DNA of 64,000 bases from Candidatus Cloacimonadales bacterium (GCA_963662655.2 CAXXTU010000002.1:1184001-1248000); one strand, 5' to 3'; positions 39,201-49,175 are shown, numbered from the stretch's first letter. The notes: generated from the sequence alone by a model not told the origin. Numbers and translations: made by a program.

Positions 39201-41642
39201 TTACGACTCCTTTATCAGTGCTTTCCTGAGAAACCTGAACCGACCGGTATCTTCTCGCGGAATTCCGAATGCGATATCCAGAATCTCGAACACGCTTATC
39301 CCTTGCAGCGCTTTGGTTACTTCAAGTTCACCATTCCGCCAGTTCATCCGCTTGATCATTGTCTTGATATCGACAGTTCTCGTCTTTTCCTTGCGCGTAC
39401 GCTCGTAGAGAATCTCATCTGCGGCATGATACGCTTCCAGTTTCTCTGAAAACACGTCCGCCATCGCGTGCGGTGGCGTAACGACCACGATCTCGTCCTG
39501 ATAGAAGTTCATCGCCCTCTCAGCCTTGGTCGGAACCGCCTCGATCCTCACAAAGCCCAGCGAATCGGGTATGCAATTTTGGACTGCTTCTGCGATATCC
39601 TCTTCCGGCATTCTTCCGTCCAACGCAAAATCGACATACTCGCAAAGACTCTCCACGCCAACCGGTAGCGGCGGCCCCATAGCGGTTCGCGGATGAGGAT
39701 TGAATCCTTCCGTATGGGCGATCGGCAACCCCGAGCTGCGCAGTATCCGCTGGAACATCCGAAGCAGGTCGAGATGACCCGCGAATCGCACGACCCCGGT
39801 CTTCTCGTACCAGAGTCGATAGAATTCCTGTTGCTGATCCGGTTTTGCCACCTTCATGGGAACCGTGTCCATTCCGCGGCTTCCGGTGTAAACCGGCTTG
39901 ACCTTTTCGTCGCAAACGCCGCACTGATAACAGCCATCGCGGCAATCGTGCGTAGTGTCGCCACGAGACGCCTTTTCCCATTCGTCTTTCAGGAAGTCTT
40001 GATCGATCCGCAAATTGATGTGATCCCACGCAAGCTCCTGCCCCACTTCTCTCGCATCCAGGAAACGGAAACTGCCATGCTGCTCGAAGCTCTCCATCCA
40101 GCGCTGGCTATCTTCCATCTCGCTCCAGCCGTCGAACATCGAGCCTTTCCTGTAGACATCTAAAATTACTTCGCCAAGCGATGCGTCGCCGCGAGAGAGA
40201 ACGCCCTCCAGAATCGACATCTCGACAGCCGGGTATTTTGCGCGAACATTCTTGTAGGGGCGCAGCGCGTGCTTGACCAACAGAATTCTGCGTAAGATTT
40301 CAGCGCCGTCCACCATCGGAGCCCACTGGAAGGGCGTAAACGGCTTGGGCACGAACGGCGATAGGGATATGTTGATCTTAAGCCTGCGACGCGAGAGAGA
40401 ATTGATCTTCTCGACCAGATCGACGATCCCCATCAGGTCGTCGTCGTTCTCGAAGGGAAGCCCCACCATGAAGTAGAGCTTGATCAGCTTCCAGCCGTTA
40501 TCCAGCGCGATTTGCACGCCTCGAAGAATCTCTTCCTCGGTAATGTTTTTGTTGATGATGTCCCGAAGCCGCTGCGAACCCGCCTCCGGCGCTACCGTCA
40601 AACCGGCCGCGCCGATGTGGTTCATCAGCTTGATCAGCGATTCGTCCAGTGAATCGACACGCAGCGAAGGCAGCGAAAGCGAGGTTGTCTTCGCACCGAG
40701 TCTGTCATACAAAGCTGGCATGAGTTCGCGTATGCAGGTGTAGTCCGAGGACGAAAGCGATGCCAGGCCGGCCTCTTCCCAACCGTACGTCTCCACTTCG
40801 TGGACCAGGCGTTCCACGATCGCTTCCGGACTCTTCTCGCGAACCGGTCGATAGTAGTACCCCGCGTGACAGAAGCGGCACCCGCGCGTGCATCCCCGCA
40901 TGATCTCTTCCACATAGCGATCGTGCGCCGGTTGCAGCCAGGGGACCAACTGCTTCGTGTGCAGCAGGTCGGAATTGCTGAAACCCATGAACTTGGCGGC
41001 CGTGATTTTCCTCGATTTCCCTTTTCGATAAAGAGCCGGAATGTAGATTGAAGGGATATTCGCCAGGGCAAGCAGGCGGTGTTTTCTGCCTTTTACATGC
41101 TTCATGATGGAAGCGATCTTCACAATGTCTTCTTCCGCTTCACCGATGAGAATCGCATCGAAGAAACGAGCCATCGGCTCCGGGTTGCTCAAGGACGGTC
41201 CACCGCCCAGTATGATGGGATCGCTCTCCGCTCTGCCGCATGCGTCGAGAGGAATCCCCGCCAGGTCGAGCATATACAGGACGTTGGTGAAGTTCAGCTC
41301 GCTTTGGAGCGTAAAGCCTACCACATCGAAAAAGCGTAGCGGAACGCGGCTCTCCACGCCGAACAGGAGGATGTTCTCCTCCTCCATGAGTCTGGCGAAA
41401 TCCGGCCATGGCGCATACGCCCGATCCGCAACGACATCGTCGATATCGTTCAGAATGCTGTATAAAATCTTCAGCCCGAGATGGGAAAATCCCACCTCGT
41501 ATGCATCCGGGAATGCCAGGCAGAAATTGATGGTGTTCTCGCCGGGCGTTTTCCTGCGAGCGTTCGTTTCATGATCGATGTAGCGCGCAGGCTTCTCCAC
41601 AGACGGCAAAAGATGCAAAAAATCAACGGTTGGAAGGTTCAT
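39201..41642 (-). CDS. B12-binding-family radical SAM protein fused to a radical-SAM-linked domain (TIGR03960/TIGR03936-like)
   Basis: FPDAYEVGFSHLG, RGCTRGCRFC, SLPSLR, APEAGSQRLR; C-terminal HLDL..GFNPHP. Confidence 0.88.
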   Translation of the reverse strand: MNLPTVDFLHLLPSVEKPARYIDHETNARRKTPGENTINFCLAFPDAYEVGFSHLGLKILYSILNDIDDVVADRAYAPWPDFARLMEEENILLFGVESRVPLRFFDVVGFTLQSELNFTNVLYMLDLAGIPLDACGRAESDPIILGGGPSLSNPEPMARFFDAILIGEAEEDIVKIASIMKHVKGRKHRLLALANIPSIYIPALYRKGKSRKITAAKFMGFSNSDLLHTKQLVPWLQPAHDRYVEEIMRGCTRGCRFCHAGYYYRPVREKSPEAIVERLVHEVETYGWEEAGLASLSSSDYTCIRELMPALYDRLGAKTTSLSLPSLRVDSLDESLIKLMNHIGAAGLTVAPEAGSQRLRDIINKNITEEEILRGVQIALDNGWKLIKLYFMVGLPFENDDDLMGIVDLVEKINSLSRRRLKINISLSPFVPKPFTPFQWAPMVDGAEILRRILLVKHALRPYKNVRAKYPAVEMSILEGVLSRGDASLGEVILDVYRKGSMFDGWSEMEDSQRWMESFEQHGSFRFLDAREVGQELAWDHINLRIDQDFLKDEWEKASRGDTTHDCRDGCYQCGVCDEKVKPVYTGSRGMDTVPMKVAKPDQQQEFYRLWYEKTGVVRFAGHLDLLRMFQRILRSSGLPIAHTEGFNPHPRTAMGPPLPVGVESLCEYVDFALDGRMPEEDIAEAVQNCIPDSLGFVRIEAVPTKAERAMNFYQDEIVVVTPPHAMADVFSEKLEAYHAADEILYERTRKEKTRTVDIKTMIKRMNWRNGELEVTKALQGISVFEILDIAFGIPREDTGRFRFLRKALIKES

Positions 41643-41668
41643 GGGTAATCCGGTGGTTTGTAAAAGAT

Positions 41669-42313
41669 TTATTCTTTGTAGTTGAAAGCGCTGTCTTTGT
41701 TATCGAAGAGGATATTATCAACGTAATCGGTGCTGTCGCGCAGCGCTTGTTCATCGAATGCAACGCTTTCGGTTTCAGCCGGTGTCTGGCTGACTTCTTC
41801 GGCTTCGGTTGGCTCGGCTTCTTCTTCTTCAGGCTTTTCCTGTTCGACGACGTTCACGGATTTCACAGAATCCTGCTTCACCGCCTCGGCTACGACTTCG
41901 CCATTGAGCTCTCTGCTCAGCGAGAAATCCAGCAGTCCCTTGTTGTAAAGGTTGTACACGACAATCGCGAGAACGATCAACAACAGAAACAGCGCTGCGA
42001 ACGAAAAGATGCTTCCGGGCAGAAGCAGTTTCTTGTGCTTACGGGGTCGCATGTAAAGGGGCTTCATTTCAAAATCGTCGGAGTCGTAATGCTTGTCGAA
42101 CATGAGCATGACTTTCTCTATATCGGCATGTACCGCCTTGGCGTATGTTGCGAGCATCACCTTGGCGTAGCCGAAACCGCCTATGGGAGAGAAGTCGTCC
42201 TTCTCGATATACTCGAGAAAGGCTACCTTGATCTTGGTAATATCAGAGACATCCTCAAGCGATAGTCCCTTCGCTTCCCGAGTCTCCTTAAGGTATTTTC
42301 CGATCGTCTCCAT
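41669..42313 (-). CDS. RodZ-like HTH membrane protein
   Basis: IGKYLKETREAKGLSLEDVSDITKI HTH, one TM segment, acidic tail. Confidence 0.8.
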   Translation of the reverse strand: METIGKYLKETREAKGLSLEDVSDITKIKVAFLEYIEKDDFSPIGGFGYAKVMLATYAKAVHADIEKVMLMFDKHYDSDDFEMKPLYMRPRKHKKLLLPGSIFSFAALFLLLIVLAIVVYNLYNKGLLDFSLSRELNGEVVAEAVKQDSVKSVNVVEQEKPEEEEAEPTEAEEVSQTPAETESVAFDEQALRDSTDYVDNILFDNKDSAFNYKE

Positions 42314-42544
42314 TCAGGCCCCTGCACTTACGAATAACATGGAATCGCTATCATAACGATTTTTTCAATAAAGTTTCACGATTGCGTATATTGTCAAGAA
42401 GAAATGCCCACGGAACGAAAATGGCTGGTTCCGGTGTCCATTAATAAGCAGAAAAGTGACTCTTGGAGCATGTCCCGCCAAATTATCTTCTTGACAGGTT
42501 TTTGCGCTGAGATATGAAAAATGTCCGATGGAGATTAGAACAAC

Positions 42545-43021
42545 ATGAAAAACAGACCAAGCTGGCAGCAATACTTTATCGATATGGCATTTCTCGTGTC
42601 GAGACGTTCGACCTGCATGAGGAGAGCGGTTGGCGCGGTGATCGTTCGAGACAATCAAATCCTTTCCTCGGGATACAACGGAGCTCCGAAGCTTATCCGG
42701 CATTGTTCGGTTACCGGATGTCTCCGGCAGCAGCAGAACATTCCATCCGGCGAGCGTCATGAGCTTTGCAGGGGCATTCATGCCGAGCAGAACGCTATCA
42801 TTCAGGCCGCGGTGAACGGGACGTCGATAAAGGGAGCTACGCTGTACTGCACGACCCAGCCTTGCATTATTTGCACGAAAATGATAATAAATTCAGAAAT
42901 CAATACGATATATATAGCAGAACAGTATCCTGACAACATGGCGCAAGAAATGTTGCTGGAAGCAGGCGTTTCACTGATCATGGTGAACAAAGAGACAGGA
43001 GAATTACAGAAAGTTTTGTAG
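42545..43021 (+). CDS. cytidine/deoxycytidylate deaminase family protein
   Basis: RSTC.RRAVGA, GYNG, HAEQNA, PCIIC. Confidence 0.92.
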   Translation: MKNRPSWQQYFIDMAFLVSRRSTCMRRAVGAVIVRDNQILSSGYNGAPKLIRHCSVTGCLRQQQNIPSGERHELCRGIHAEQNAIIQAAVNGTSIKGATLYCTTQPCIICTKMIINSEINTIYIAEQYPDNMAQEMLLEAGVSLIMVNKETGELQKVL

Positions 43022-43032
43022 AGGAAGATGAT

Positions 43033-43446
43033 ATGGGATTCCAACAGATTTTATTGATTTCATTGAGTGTTATTTTAGTAGGCGTTGCCATTTCGGTCGG
43101 GATGAGTATTTTCCGGTCGAATATACTCGATCACAACAAAGATTCAATAATCAATGACCTCTCGAACCTCTCCGCGCGTTGTTATATCTATCGCGTCAAA
43201 CCGAGGGAAATCGACGGAGGTGGAGGAGCTTACACGGGGATCGAACCCTCGGACATTGGGACGTATGAAGCGTTCGACAACGCCAACGCAACGTACGAAG
43301 TGACAAGCATCGAGGCCGACCAGGTTATCATGACCGCAACCGGCAAGCAAGGCAAGAGTCCCTGGATCATCACTTGCACCATCGACGACTCGGGAAACAA
43401 CACCTACAACATCGTCCAAACCGCTTCCTACGATCTAAGCCGTTAG
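43033..43446 (+). CDS. hypothetical pilin-like membrane protein
   Basis: MGFQQILLISLSVILVGVAISVG hydrophobic N-terminal helix, amphipathic helix, then GGGG and beta-rich region. Confidence 0.6.
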   Translation: MGFQQILLISLSVILVGVAISVGMSIFRSNILDHNKDSIINDLSNLSARCYIYRVKPREIDGGGGAYTGIEPSDIGTYEAFDNANATYEVTSIEADQVIMTATGKQGKSPWIITCTIDDSGNNTYNIVQTASYDLSR

Positions 43447-43638
43447 CTTTGTATTGTTAAGTGATTACCGCTCTCACTGGATTGACGCTACGAGATTACC
43501 TTCTTTTTGAGGTTCGACGCATTCAATAAAAAAACCTGTCGACAAATCAAACGCCATTATAATTGTGTCTTCAAAGGCATAAAAAATGCTATTACTCCAA
43601 GGTGAAATATGGATTTTATATTGAGATGGAGGATTTGA

Positions 43639-46239
43639 ATGAAAAGACTGTACGTTATCGTACTGATCATGGCGATTTGTGGGACACTTCTTGCTGGAGA
43701 CTACACCCAGAAAACGCTCTCAAACGGAATGGAAGTTATCACAAAGAAGAACGACAGCAACGAATCTGTCGCGCTCTATTGTTTCGTGAAAACCGGATCG
43801 TCCTACGAAGAAGATTATCTCGGTTGCGGGATATCTCATTACCTCGAACACATCGTTTCCGGCGGCTCCACAACGCTTCATACAGAAGACGAATACAGCC
43901 AGATGGAGCAAGAGATCGGGGCGTACGCAAACGCATATACAAGCAGCTTCACCACGTGTTATCAGATGGTCGTCCCTGCGGAGTCGGTGGATAAGGGAAT
44001 CGAGATGCTTTCCGAGCACATCATGTTCTGCGCTTTCGATTCGGTCGAAGTAGCCCGTGAACGCGAAGTGATCATCAAGGAATTCGTGTTTCGATCAAGC
44101 CCGCCGCCAGTCAAGGCGTTCGAGAAGTATCAGGAACTTACGCACCCACAATCCACCGAACGCTATCCTGTTATCGGTAACATCGAGCTTTACAAGCAGC
44201 TCAAACGCGATGATCTGGTCAATTACTACAACAAACGCTATATGCCGAACAACATGATCTTCGTTGGTGTGGGCAATATCGATGCCGACACGCTGCAAGC
44301 CAAGATCGTCGACGCCTTCAAGGATTACAAACGCAGAGTTCTCGAACCTGTAAACGTCATCAAACAGCCTCCCTTCCAGGGCAACACGCTTCAGGTTCAT
44401 GAATTCAGCATCCAGCAAGCACAAGGTAAAATCTGCACCATCATTCCCGATGCATGGTATAACGATTGCGAGGCATTGGACCTGGGTCTCACGATCCTGC
44501 TTTCCAAGCGCACGTCCCCGCTTTATAAAAAGCTTGTCGAAGACCTCCAGCTCTGCAATCAGATTTACGGAAGGGCATCGTACGACCTTCTCCAAACAGC
44601 GACTGTCGATATCCAGTTCGAGGCGAAAGACCCATCCAAGATGAACGAGATCGTAGAGATAATCGACCAGTACATAGCCGACTACAGCAAGGGTGGATTT
44701 ACGCAGGACGACATCCAGAATGTCATCGATCGCTATCAGGCGGCATATCTGCTACAAACCCCAAGTCCTGCGAGAGAGGCAAATCAGATTGGTTACTTCA
44801 TGCAGTTTTATAATGTTCCCGATCGCATGAAACTCTCCATCGAGCAAATCAGCAAACTGACGCCGGAAGATATCTACGAAGCATTCCAGAGGCACCTTGT
44901 TCCAAAGAATCGCATCGTATACTACGCAATGCCCACTGGAACTAAGCAACTGATCGAGGAGCAGGAAGCCGAATCGATAGACCGTGAAGACCTTCGCAAG
45001 ATATCCATCAATGACGACCTCACCCTGCTTTACCGTCGCAACTGTGAGAAACCGCTCATCCGCGCCGAGATATTGATGCCGATCTACCGGAATTACGGTG
45101 TTAAAGGCGATCTCGAGAGAATCGATTTTGTGAGCGACATGCTGCTGAGGGGATCGAAGAAATACGACCCGATCGAAATTTCCGAGTTTGTCAACGACCA
45201 TTGGATTTCAGCCGAATTCATTACCTCTGAAGCGGGATTGAAGATTGAGATGAAGCTTCTGCGGAATGATTTCGACGAGTTCCTGAAGATCGTCGGCGAC
45301 GCGATGCAAAACCCGAAATTCCCGGACGATGAGATACACTTGCTGCTCGAAGATAAAAAAGGTGATCTGTTAAACTCCCAGAGCTGGCCAACGAGTGTCC
45401 ACCGCGAGTTTGCCAACAAGGAATTGTACGGTGATTCCCCCTTCTCGCTTTCCAAGGAAGAGCAGTGGGATGCGTTAAAGGACCTCGACCACGATAAAGT
45501 AGCCACACTCTACGAGAAATACTTCAAAACAAGCGACGATAAACCCGTTGTCGTGACTCTTTTCGGTGACCTTACGGAGGAAGAAGCGAGGAAGTGGGCG
45601 AAAGAGATATCGAAGTTCATACCCCGCGGTACTGTGAACGAAGAACGCATCTGGCGTAACGTGGCGGATAAAGACGAGATCGTTACCAACGTTTACGATT
45701 TCGAACAGGTAAACATCGATATCTACTACCCAGCGCCGAGCATTTATTCGGAAGACTACAAGGTTTTCCGCCTGCTCGACATCATCCTCAGCGGATCGAC
45801 CAACGCGAGATTGCACAAGGCGACTCGCGGCAACAACAACCTTTCCTACTGGGCATATTCGAATTACGATTACAGCGACGAGTGGGGATACTTCGACCTG
45901 AAGTCGCAGACATCCATACCGAAGAGAGACGAGTTGATATCCGTTCTTAAGGATGAAGTCGAGAAACTCAAGACAGACCTCGTACCTCAGGACGAGATCG
46001 ATAATGCCATTTCCGATTTCGACAAGCGTATGCAGAGCATGCTGAGCGACAACGCGCTGCCATCTTATGCAACATACTACGAATTCAGGGGATTCGGGTA
46101 CGACTACCTGCACACATTCATCGACGACTTGAGAACCATTACTCCGGAGCAGATTCGAGACACCGCGAAGAAGTATCTCAATAATGCCTTCGTGATCGTA
46201 TCTCAACCGGACGAAAACATGGAACGCGAGCATCAATAA
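43639..46239 (+). CDS. secreted M16 (insulinase/pitrilysin family) zinc peptidase
   Basis: Signal peptide, GISHYLEH (HxxEH), NAYTS, two-half architecture; GGAGG RBS. Confidence 0.9.
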   Translation: MKRLYVIVLIMAICGTLLAGDYTQKTLSNGMEVITKKNDSNESVALYCFVKTGSSYEEDYLGCGISHYLEHIVSGGSTTLHTEDEYSQMEQEIGAYANAYTSSFTTCYQMVVPAESVDKGIEMLSEHIMFCAFDSVEVAREREVIIKEFVFRSSPPPVKAFEKYQELTHPQSTERYPVIGNIELYKQLKRDDLVNYYNKRYMPNNMIFVGVGNIDADTLQAKIVDAFKDYKRRVLEPVNVIKQPPFQGNTLQVHEFSIQQAQGKICTIIPDAWYNDCEALDLGLTILLSKRTSPLYKKLVEDLQLCNQIYGRASYDLLQTATVDIQFEAKDPSKMNEIVEIIDQYIADYSKGGFTQDDIQNVIDRYQAAYLLQTPSPAREANQIGYFMQFYNVPDRMKLSIEQISKLTPEDIYEAFQRHLVPKNRIVYYAMPTGTKQLIEEQEAESIDREDLRKISINDDLTLLYRRNCEKPLIRAEILMPIYRNYGVKGDLERIDFVSDMLLRGSKKYDPIEISEFVNDHWISAEFITSEAGLKIEMKLLRNDFDEFLKIVGDAMQNPKFPDDEIHLLLEDKKGDLLNSQSWPTSVHREFANKELYGDSPFSLSKEEQWDALKDLDHDKVATLYEKYFKTSDDKPVVVTLFGDLTEEEARKWAKEISKFIPRGTVNEERIWRNVADKDEIVTNVYDFEQVNIDIYYPAPSIYSEDYKVFRLLDIILSGSTNARLHKATRGNNNLSYWAYSNYDYSDEWGYFDLKSQTSIPKRDELISVLKDEVEKLKTDLVPQDEIDNAISDFDKRMQSMLSDNALPSYATYYEFRGFGYDYLHTFIDDLRTITPEQIRDTAKKYLNNAFVIVSQPDENMEREHQ

Positions 46240-46265
46240 AGAAATCGCGTAACGATATTTGATTT

Positions 46266-46300
46266 ATCCCCTCTTCCACGCGAGGAGGGGATTTTTTTTT
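46266..46300 (+). terminator. intrinsic terminator
   Basis: ATCCCCTCTTC-CACGC-GAGGAGGGGAT followed by a T-run. Confidence 0.85.
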
Positions 46301-46308
46301 GTTTTACC

Positions 46309-46449
46309 ATCGAGAGTAGATTTGCTTTTCTCCTTCCGAAGCCGTGTTGTTACACGTTCGAATCGATTACCACAATCAACCAACTACATAATTGATGAGG
46401 ACGTGTTATATACACGGCGAGAGGAAGGGAGAAGCAAAGGTACCTCGAT
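46309..46449 (-). repeat. dispersed structured hairpin element, copy 4 (divergent sequence, same fold)
   Basis: ATCGAG/CTCGAT outer stem; minus strand reads GCCGTGT-ATATA-ACACGT...ACGTGT-AACA-ACACGGC. Confidence 0.7.
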
Positions 46450-46477
46450 TGGCATATTCAAGCCGTATAATCTACCA

Positions 46478-46600
46478 TCGCGGCATCTTCGTCCGATCTG
46501 TGCTCCAACGTGGATATAACACGCTCCTGTAACTATCGAACGCAATAATGGAGCGTGTAACACCACGTTTCAGCAACAGATCGAACGAGTCTGCTCACGA
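46478..46600 (+). repeat. dispersed structured hairpin element, copy 3
   Basis: GGCATCTTCGTCCGATCTG...AACGTGG-ATATA-ACACGCTCC...GGAGCGTGT-AACA-CCACGTT...CAGATCGAACGAGTCTGCTC. Confidence 0.8.
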
Positions 46601-46609
46601 CTCTTGCTT

Positions 46610-46640
46610 AAAAAAAACCTCTCCGTGTAACACGGAGAGG
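46610..46640 (-). terminator. intrinsic terminator
   Basis: CCTCTCCGTG-TAA-CACGGAGAGG preceded by an A-run (U-run on the minus strand). Confidence 0.85.
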
Positions 46641-46664
46641 CCAAAGAGAGTATATCGGTTATTT

Positions 46665-48185
46665 CTATTTCATCATCAGCATGCGTAGTACTTTCGTATC
46701 ACCGCAAGCTACAACGCGACAGAAGTAAATACCGGACGATAAGGTATTACCCATGTCATCCGAGCCATCCCACACCAGGTTGTGTGATCCGGCGCTCATG
46801 CGCTCGTTCGAGAGCACGCGTACCTTTTCGCCTTTGATATTAAATACATCGACCGATGCATGCGACTCTTCAGCAAGGGTAAAGCTGATCGTCGTCACCG
46901 GATTGAATGGATTCGGGTAGTTCGGTTCAACTTGTAGGTTTGTGTACTCCGGGATCGTCGGTTCGTCGTTTGAGACCACGCCGTGGTAAAGCGGATAGGT
47001 CATCTCCATGTTGCCGTCTAACGCGACGATTTCGAGCCAGTAATAGTAGTATCCGGTTGGTGCGGTATCCTGGAAAGAGTACTCGGCCTCTTCTGCGTTC
47101 ATCGCAGCAATAATGTTCGAATTGATCTGCACCGCGTCGTCGATGTCGTTCGTCGAGGAACGATAAAGATTGTACCCGATCAGCTCGCTCTCGTCGACCG
47201 TCGTCCACTCGATGGTGGCGTCCATGTTGACCCGAAAGTAATCGAGAATGGAACTGGTTCCGTCCGCGGTTTTGAATTTGGCAAAAACCGGCAGGTGGTC
47301 CGAAGCGTCGTGAAGCGCGTTGGCCACATAGGCAGGAACCGCGGAATTGGTGCCGCTGTTGATCGCCTGATTGAAATGGTTGCCGTCGTTGCCGAACGGA
47401 ACGACCGAATCATTGATGAAGTCGATCCCGCTGCCGTTGTTCATGTCGTAGTTGATGAACATGTAATCGAAACGATCGTCCAGACCGCCGGTCGCACCAC
47501 CGCCCTGCTGTTCCGTACGCGTTGATTGCGTATGGACGTTGACGAACGAAGAGTTGTCGTGCCAGTTGCCGATCTCGTCGATGGTATCGCGAGCTCTTCC
47601 GTCGTTGTCCGATTCGCTTGCAATAAATTTCTGGTAGGCCGGTTCGTCGCTGGAGTATATGTTCATATCACCCAAGATGATGAACTCGGCCGTGCTGGGA
47701 AGGTTGTTGAGGCGGTGACGCAGAACCGTCACTTCCGCGAGGCGTTGTTGCTCGTTGTCGTTTCCCTGACTCGCCTTCAAGTGGCATGAATAAATTCGCA
47801 GGGGATTCCCGTAAACCTCTACCTCGTACTCCGCGATTTCCCGCAGGTCGGTCTCGATGTAGTCCATATCGATGTATTTAACACTACTCTTCTTGTAGAA
47901 GAGGATATTGTCGGAGTCGTTTCCGTTGATGAAATCCGACATACCATAGTCGTCGTAATCGTCGTTGAGGGCGGTGAGCATCAGTTCCGCGCCGTCCTCC
48001 GAGACCATTTCCTGCATCACCAGAATATCGGGTGAAATCTGATCGAATACCGTCTCAAAATCGTCGATCCGGTCCGTGTCGTCATCGTTGAAATTGAGTG
48101 AATTGTAGGTCATAACCTTCACTCCAGCAGCACTCAGTATAACCGTCGAGAGCAGCAGAATCGCAATCAGTGTCATTCGTTGCAT
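46665..48185 (-). CDS. secreted endonuclease/exonuclease/phosphatase-family protein with a FlgD-Ig/T9SS-type tail
   Basis: VMTYN, MQE, HLKAS, GDMN, DRFDY, SDHLPV; NYPNPFNP tail; GGAG RBS before MQR. Confidence 0.88.
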   Translation of the reverse strand: MQRMTLIAILLLSTVILSAAGVKVMTYNSLNFNDDDTDRIDDFETVFDQISPDILVMQEMVSEDGAELMLTALNDDYDDYGMSDFINGNDSDNILFYKKSSVKYIDMDYIETDLREIAEYEVEVYGNPLRIYSCHLKASQGNDNEQQRLAEVTVLRHRLNNLPSTAEFIILGDMNIYSSDEPAYQKFIASESDNDGRARDTIDEIGNWHDNSSFVNVHTQSTRTEQQGGGATGGLDDRFDYMFINYDMNNGSGIDFINDSVVPFGNDGNHFNQAINSGTNSAVPAYVANALHDASDHLPVFAKFKTADGTSSILDYFRVNMDATIEWTTVDESELIGYNLYRSSTNDIDDAVQINSNIIAAMNAEEAEYSFQDTAPTGYYYYWLEIVALDGNMEMTYPLYHGVVSNDEPTIPEYTNLQVEPNYPNPFNPVTTISFTLAEESHASVDVFNIKGEKVRVLSNERMSAGSHNLVWDGSDDMGNTLSSGIYFCRVVACGDTKVLRMLMMK

Positions 48186-48272
48186 AATTTTCTCCATACA
48201 TTTTCTACCATACCATGATATTGGCGGCTCAGATATTGTCAATGAATAGGTGCAGGTTGTGCTCGCATGCTT

Positions 48273-48314
48273 AAAAAAAGAAAACCCGCCATCGACAATA
48301 CTGCCGGCGGCGGG
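48273..48314 (-). terminator. intrinsic terminator
   Basis: Minus strand CCCGCCGCCGGCA-GTAT-TGTCGATGGCGGG followed by TTTTCTTTTTTT. Confidence 0.65.
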
Positions 48315-48335
48315 AATTGAATCGGGAGACCAGGT

Positions 48336-49175
48336 TTAGAAAAATCCACCTTCGAAATTCAGCATAACACTGAATCCGGAAAGATCAGAGTCGTCGAAAT
48401 CCACCAGTTTCGTATCGAAGTCAACGCCGTTCACGTAGCGATACGAAGCGCCGACACCGCACTTGAAGTATCTGGCGACATTCACCATGACATTCACACC
48501 CGGTTCCAGCACGAAGAAAGAGTCGCTGTCAATTTTACGATCGTCGTCGTCCTCGTCGTCATCGTTGTCCCAGTCGTCATCGTCGTCGCGATACTGCAAG
48601 CTTGCGCCACCTGCTCCGATGAGCGTGGTCACGGAGAAGTTCACGAGATCTTTGGGATTGATGCGGTATTCCAGATCGAGTCCGCCATAGCCCCAATAAA
48701 TCTGAATGCTGGAGTCCCTGATCGCGTGCTCGCGGACGAGATGATTAGTCACCATACCGTATCCGGCCAGACCGATACAGAATTTGTGATCGATAATGTA
48801 GCCGAGTCTGCCACCAACCAGAAGTTCGTACTCGTCGTCCATATACGTACCCTTTACAACGGGACCGCCGAAACCGCCATGCGCGATCTTACCCGAAAGG
48901 AGCGTTTCCTGATTGAGCACATACCGCGAAGGGATTTTCGTCTCGCGCTTCATCTCGAGCTGCTTGCGAACAAGCTCCCTCTCTCTTTCGTCATCGACGC
49001 TGATGTCTTCCACGGTCGCTTCGTCAAGCTCCGCTTCCGCTTCGTCGGCGGCTATTATGTTGACGTCCTTCTCGATCGTCGTCTCGTTTTTCGTCTCTTC
49101 CGCAACGTCATTATCCTGCGCAAATGCCACAACGGCAAATGCAAGAATTGCAATAATCATGATAATCCGTGACAT
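48336..49175 (-). CDS. hypothetical outer-membrane beta-barrel protein
   Basis: Signal peptide, acidic N-terminal region, alternating beta-strand pattern (GYGGLDLEY, FFVLEPGVNV, GASYRY), C-terminal F; AGGAGG RBS. Confidence 0.7.
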   Translation of the reverse strand: MSRIIMIIAILAFAVVAFAQDNDVAEETKNETTIEKDVNIIAADEAEAELDEATVEDISVDDERERELVRKQLEMKRETKIPSRYVLNQETLLSGKIAHGGFGGPVVKGTYMDDEYELLVGGRLGYIIDHKFCIGLAGYGMVTNHLVREHAIRDSSIQIYWGYGGLDLEYRINPKDLVNFSVTTLIGAGGASLQYRDDDDDWDNDDDEDDDDRKIDSDSFFVLEPGVNVMVNVARYFKCGVGASYRYVNGVDFDTKLVDFDDSDLSGFSVMLNFEGGFF

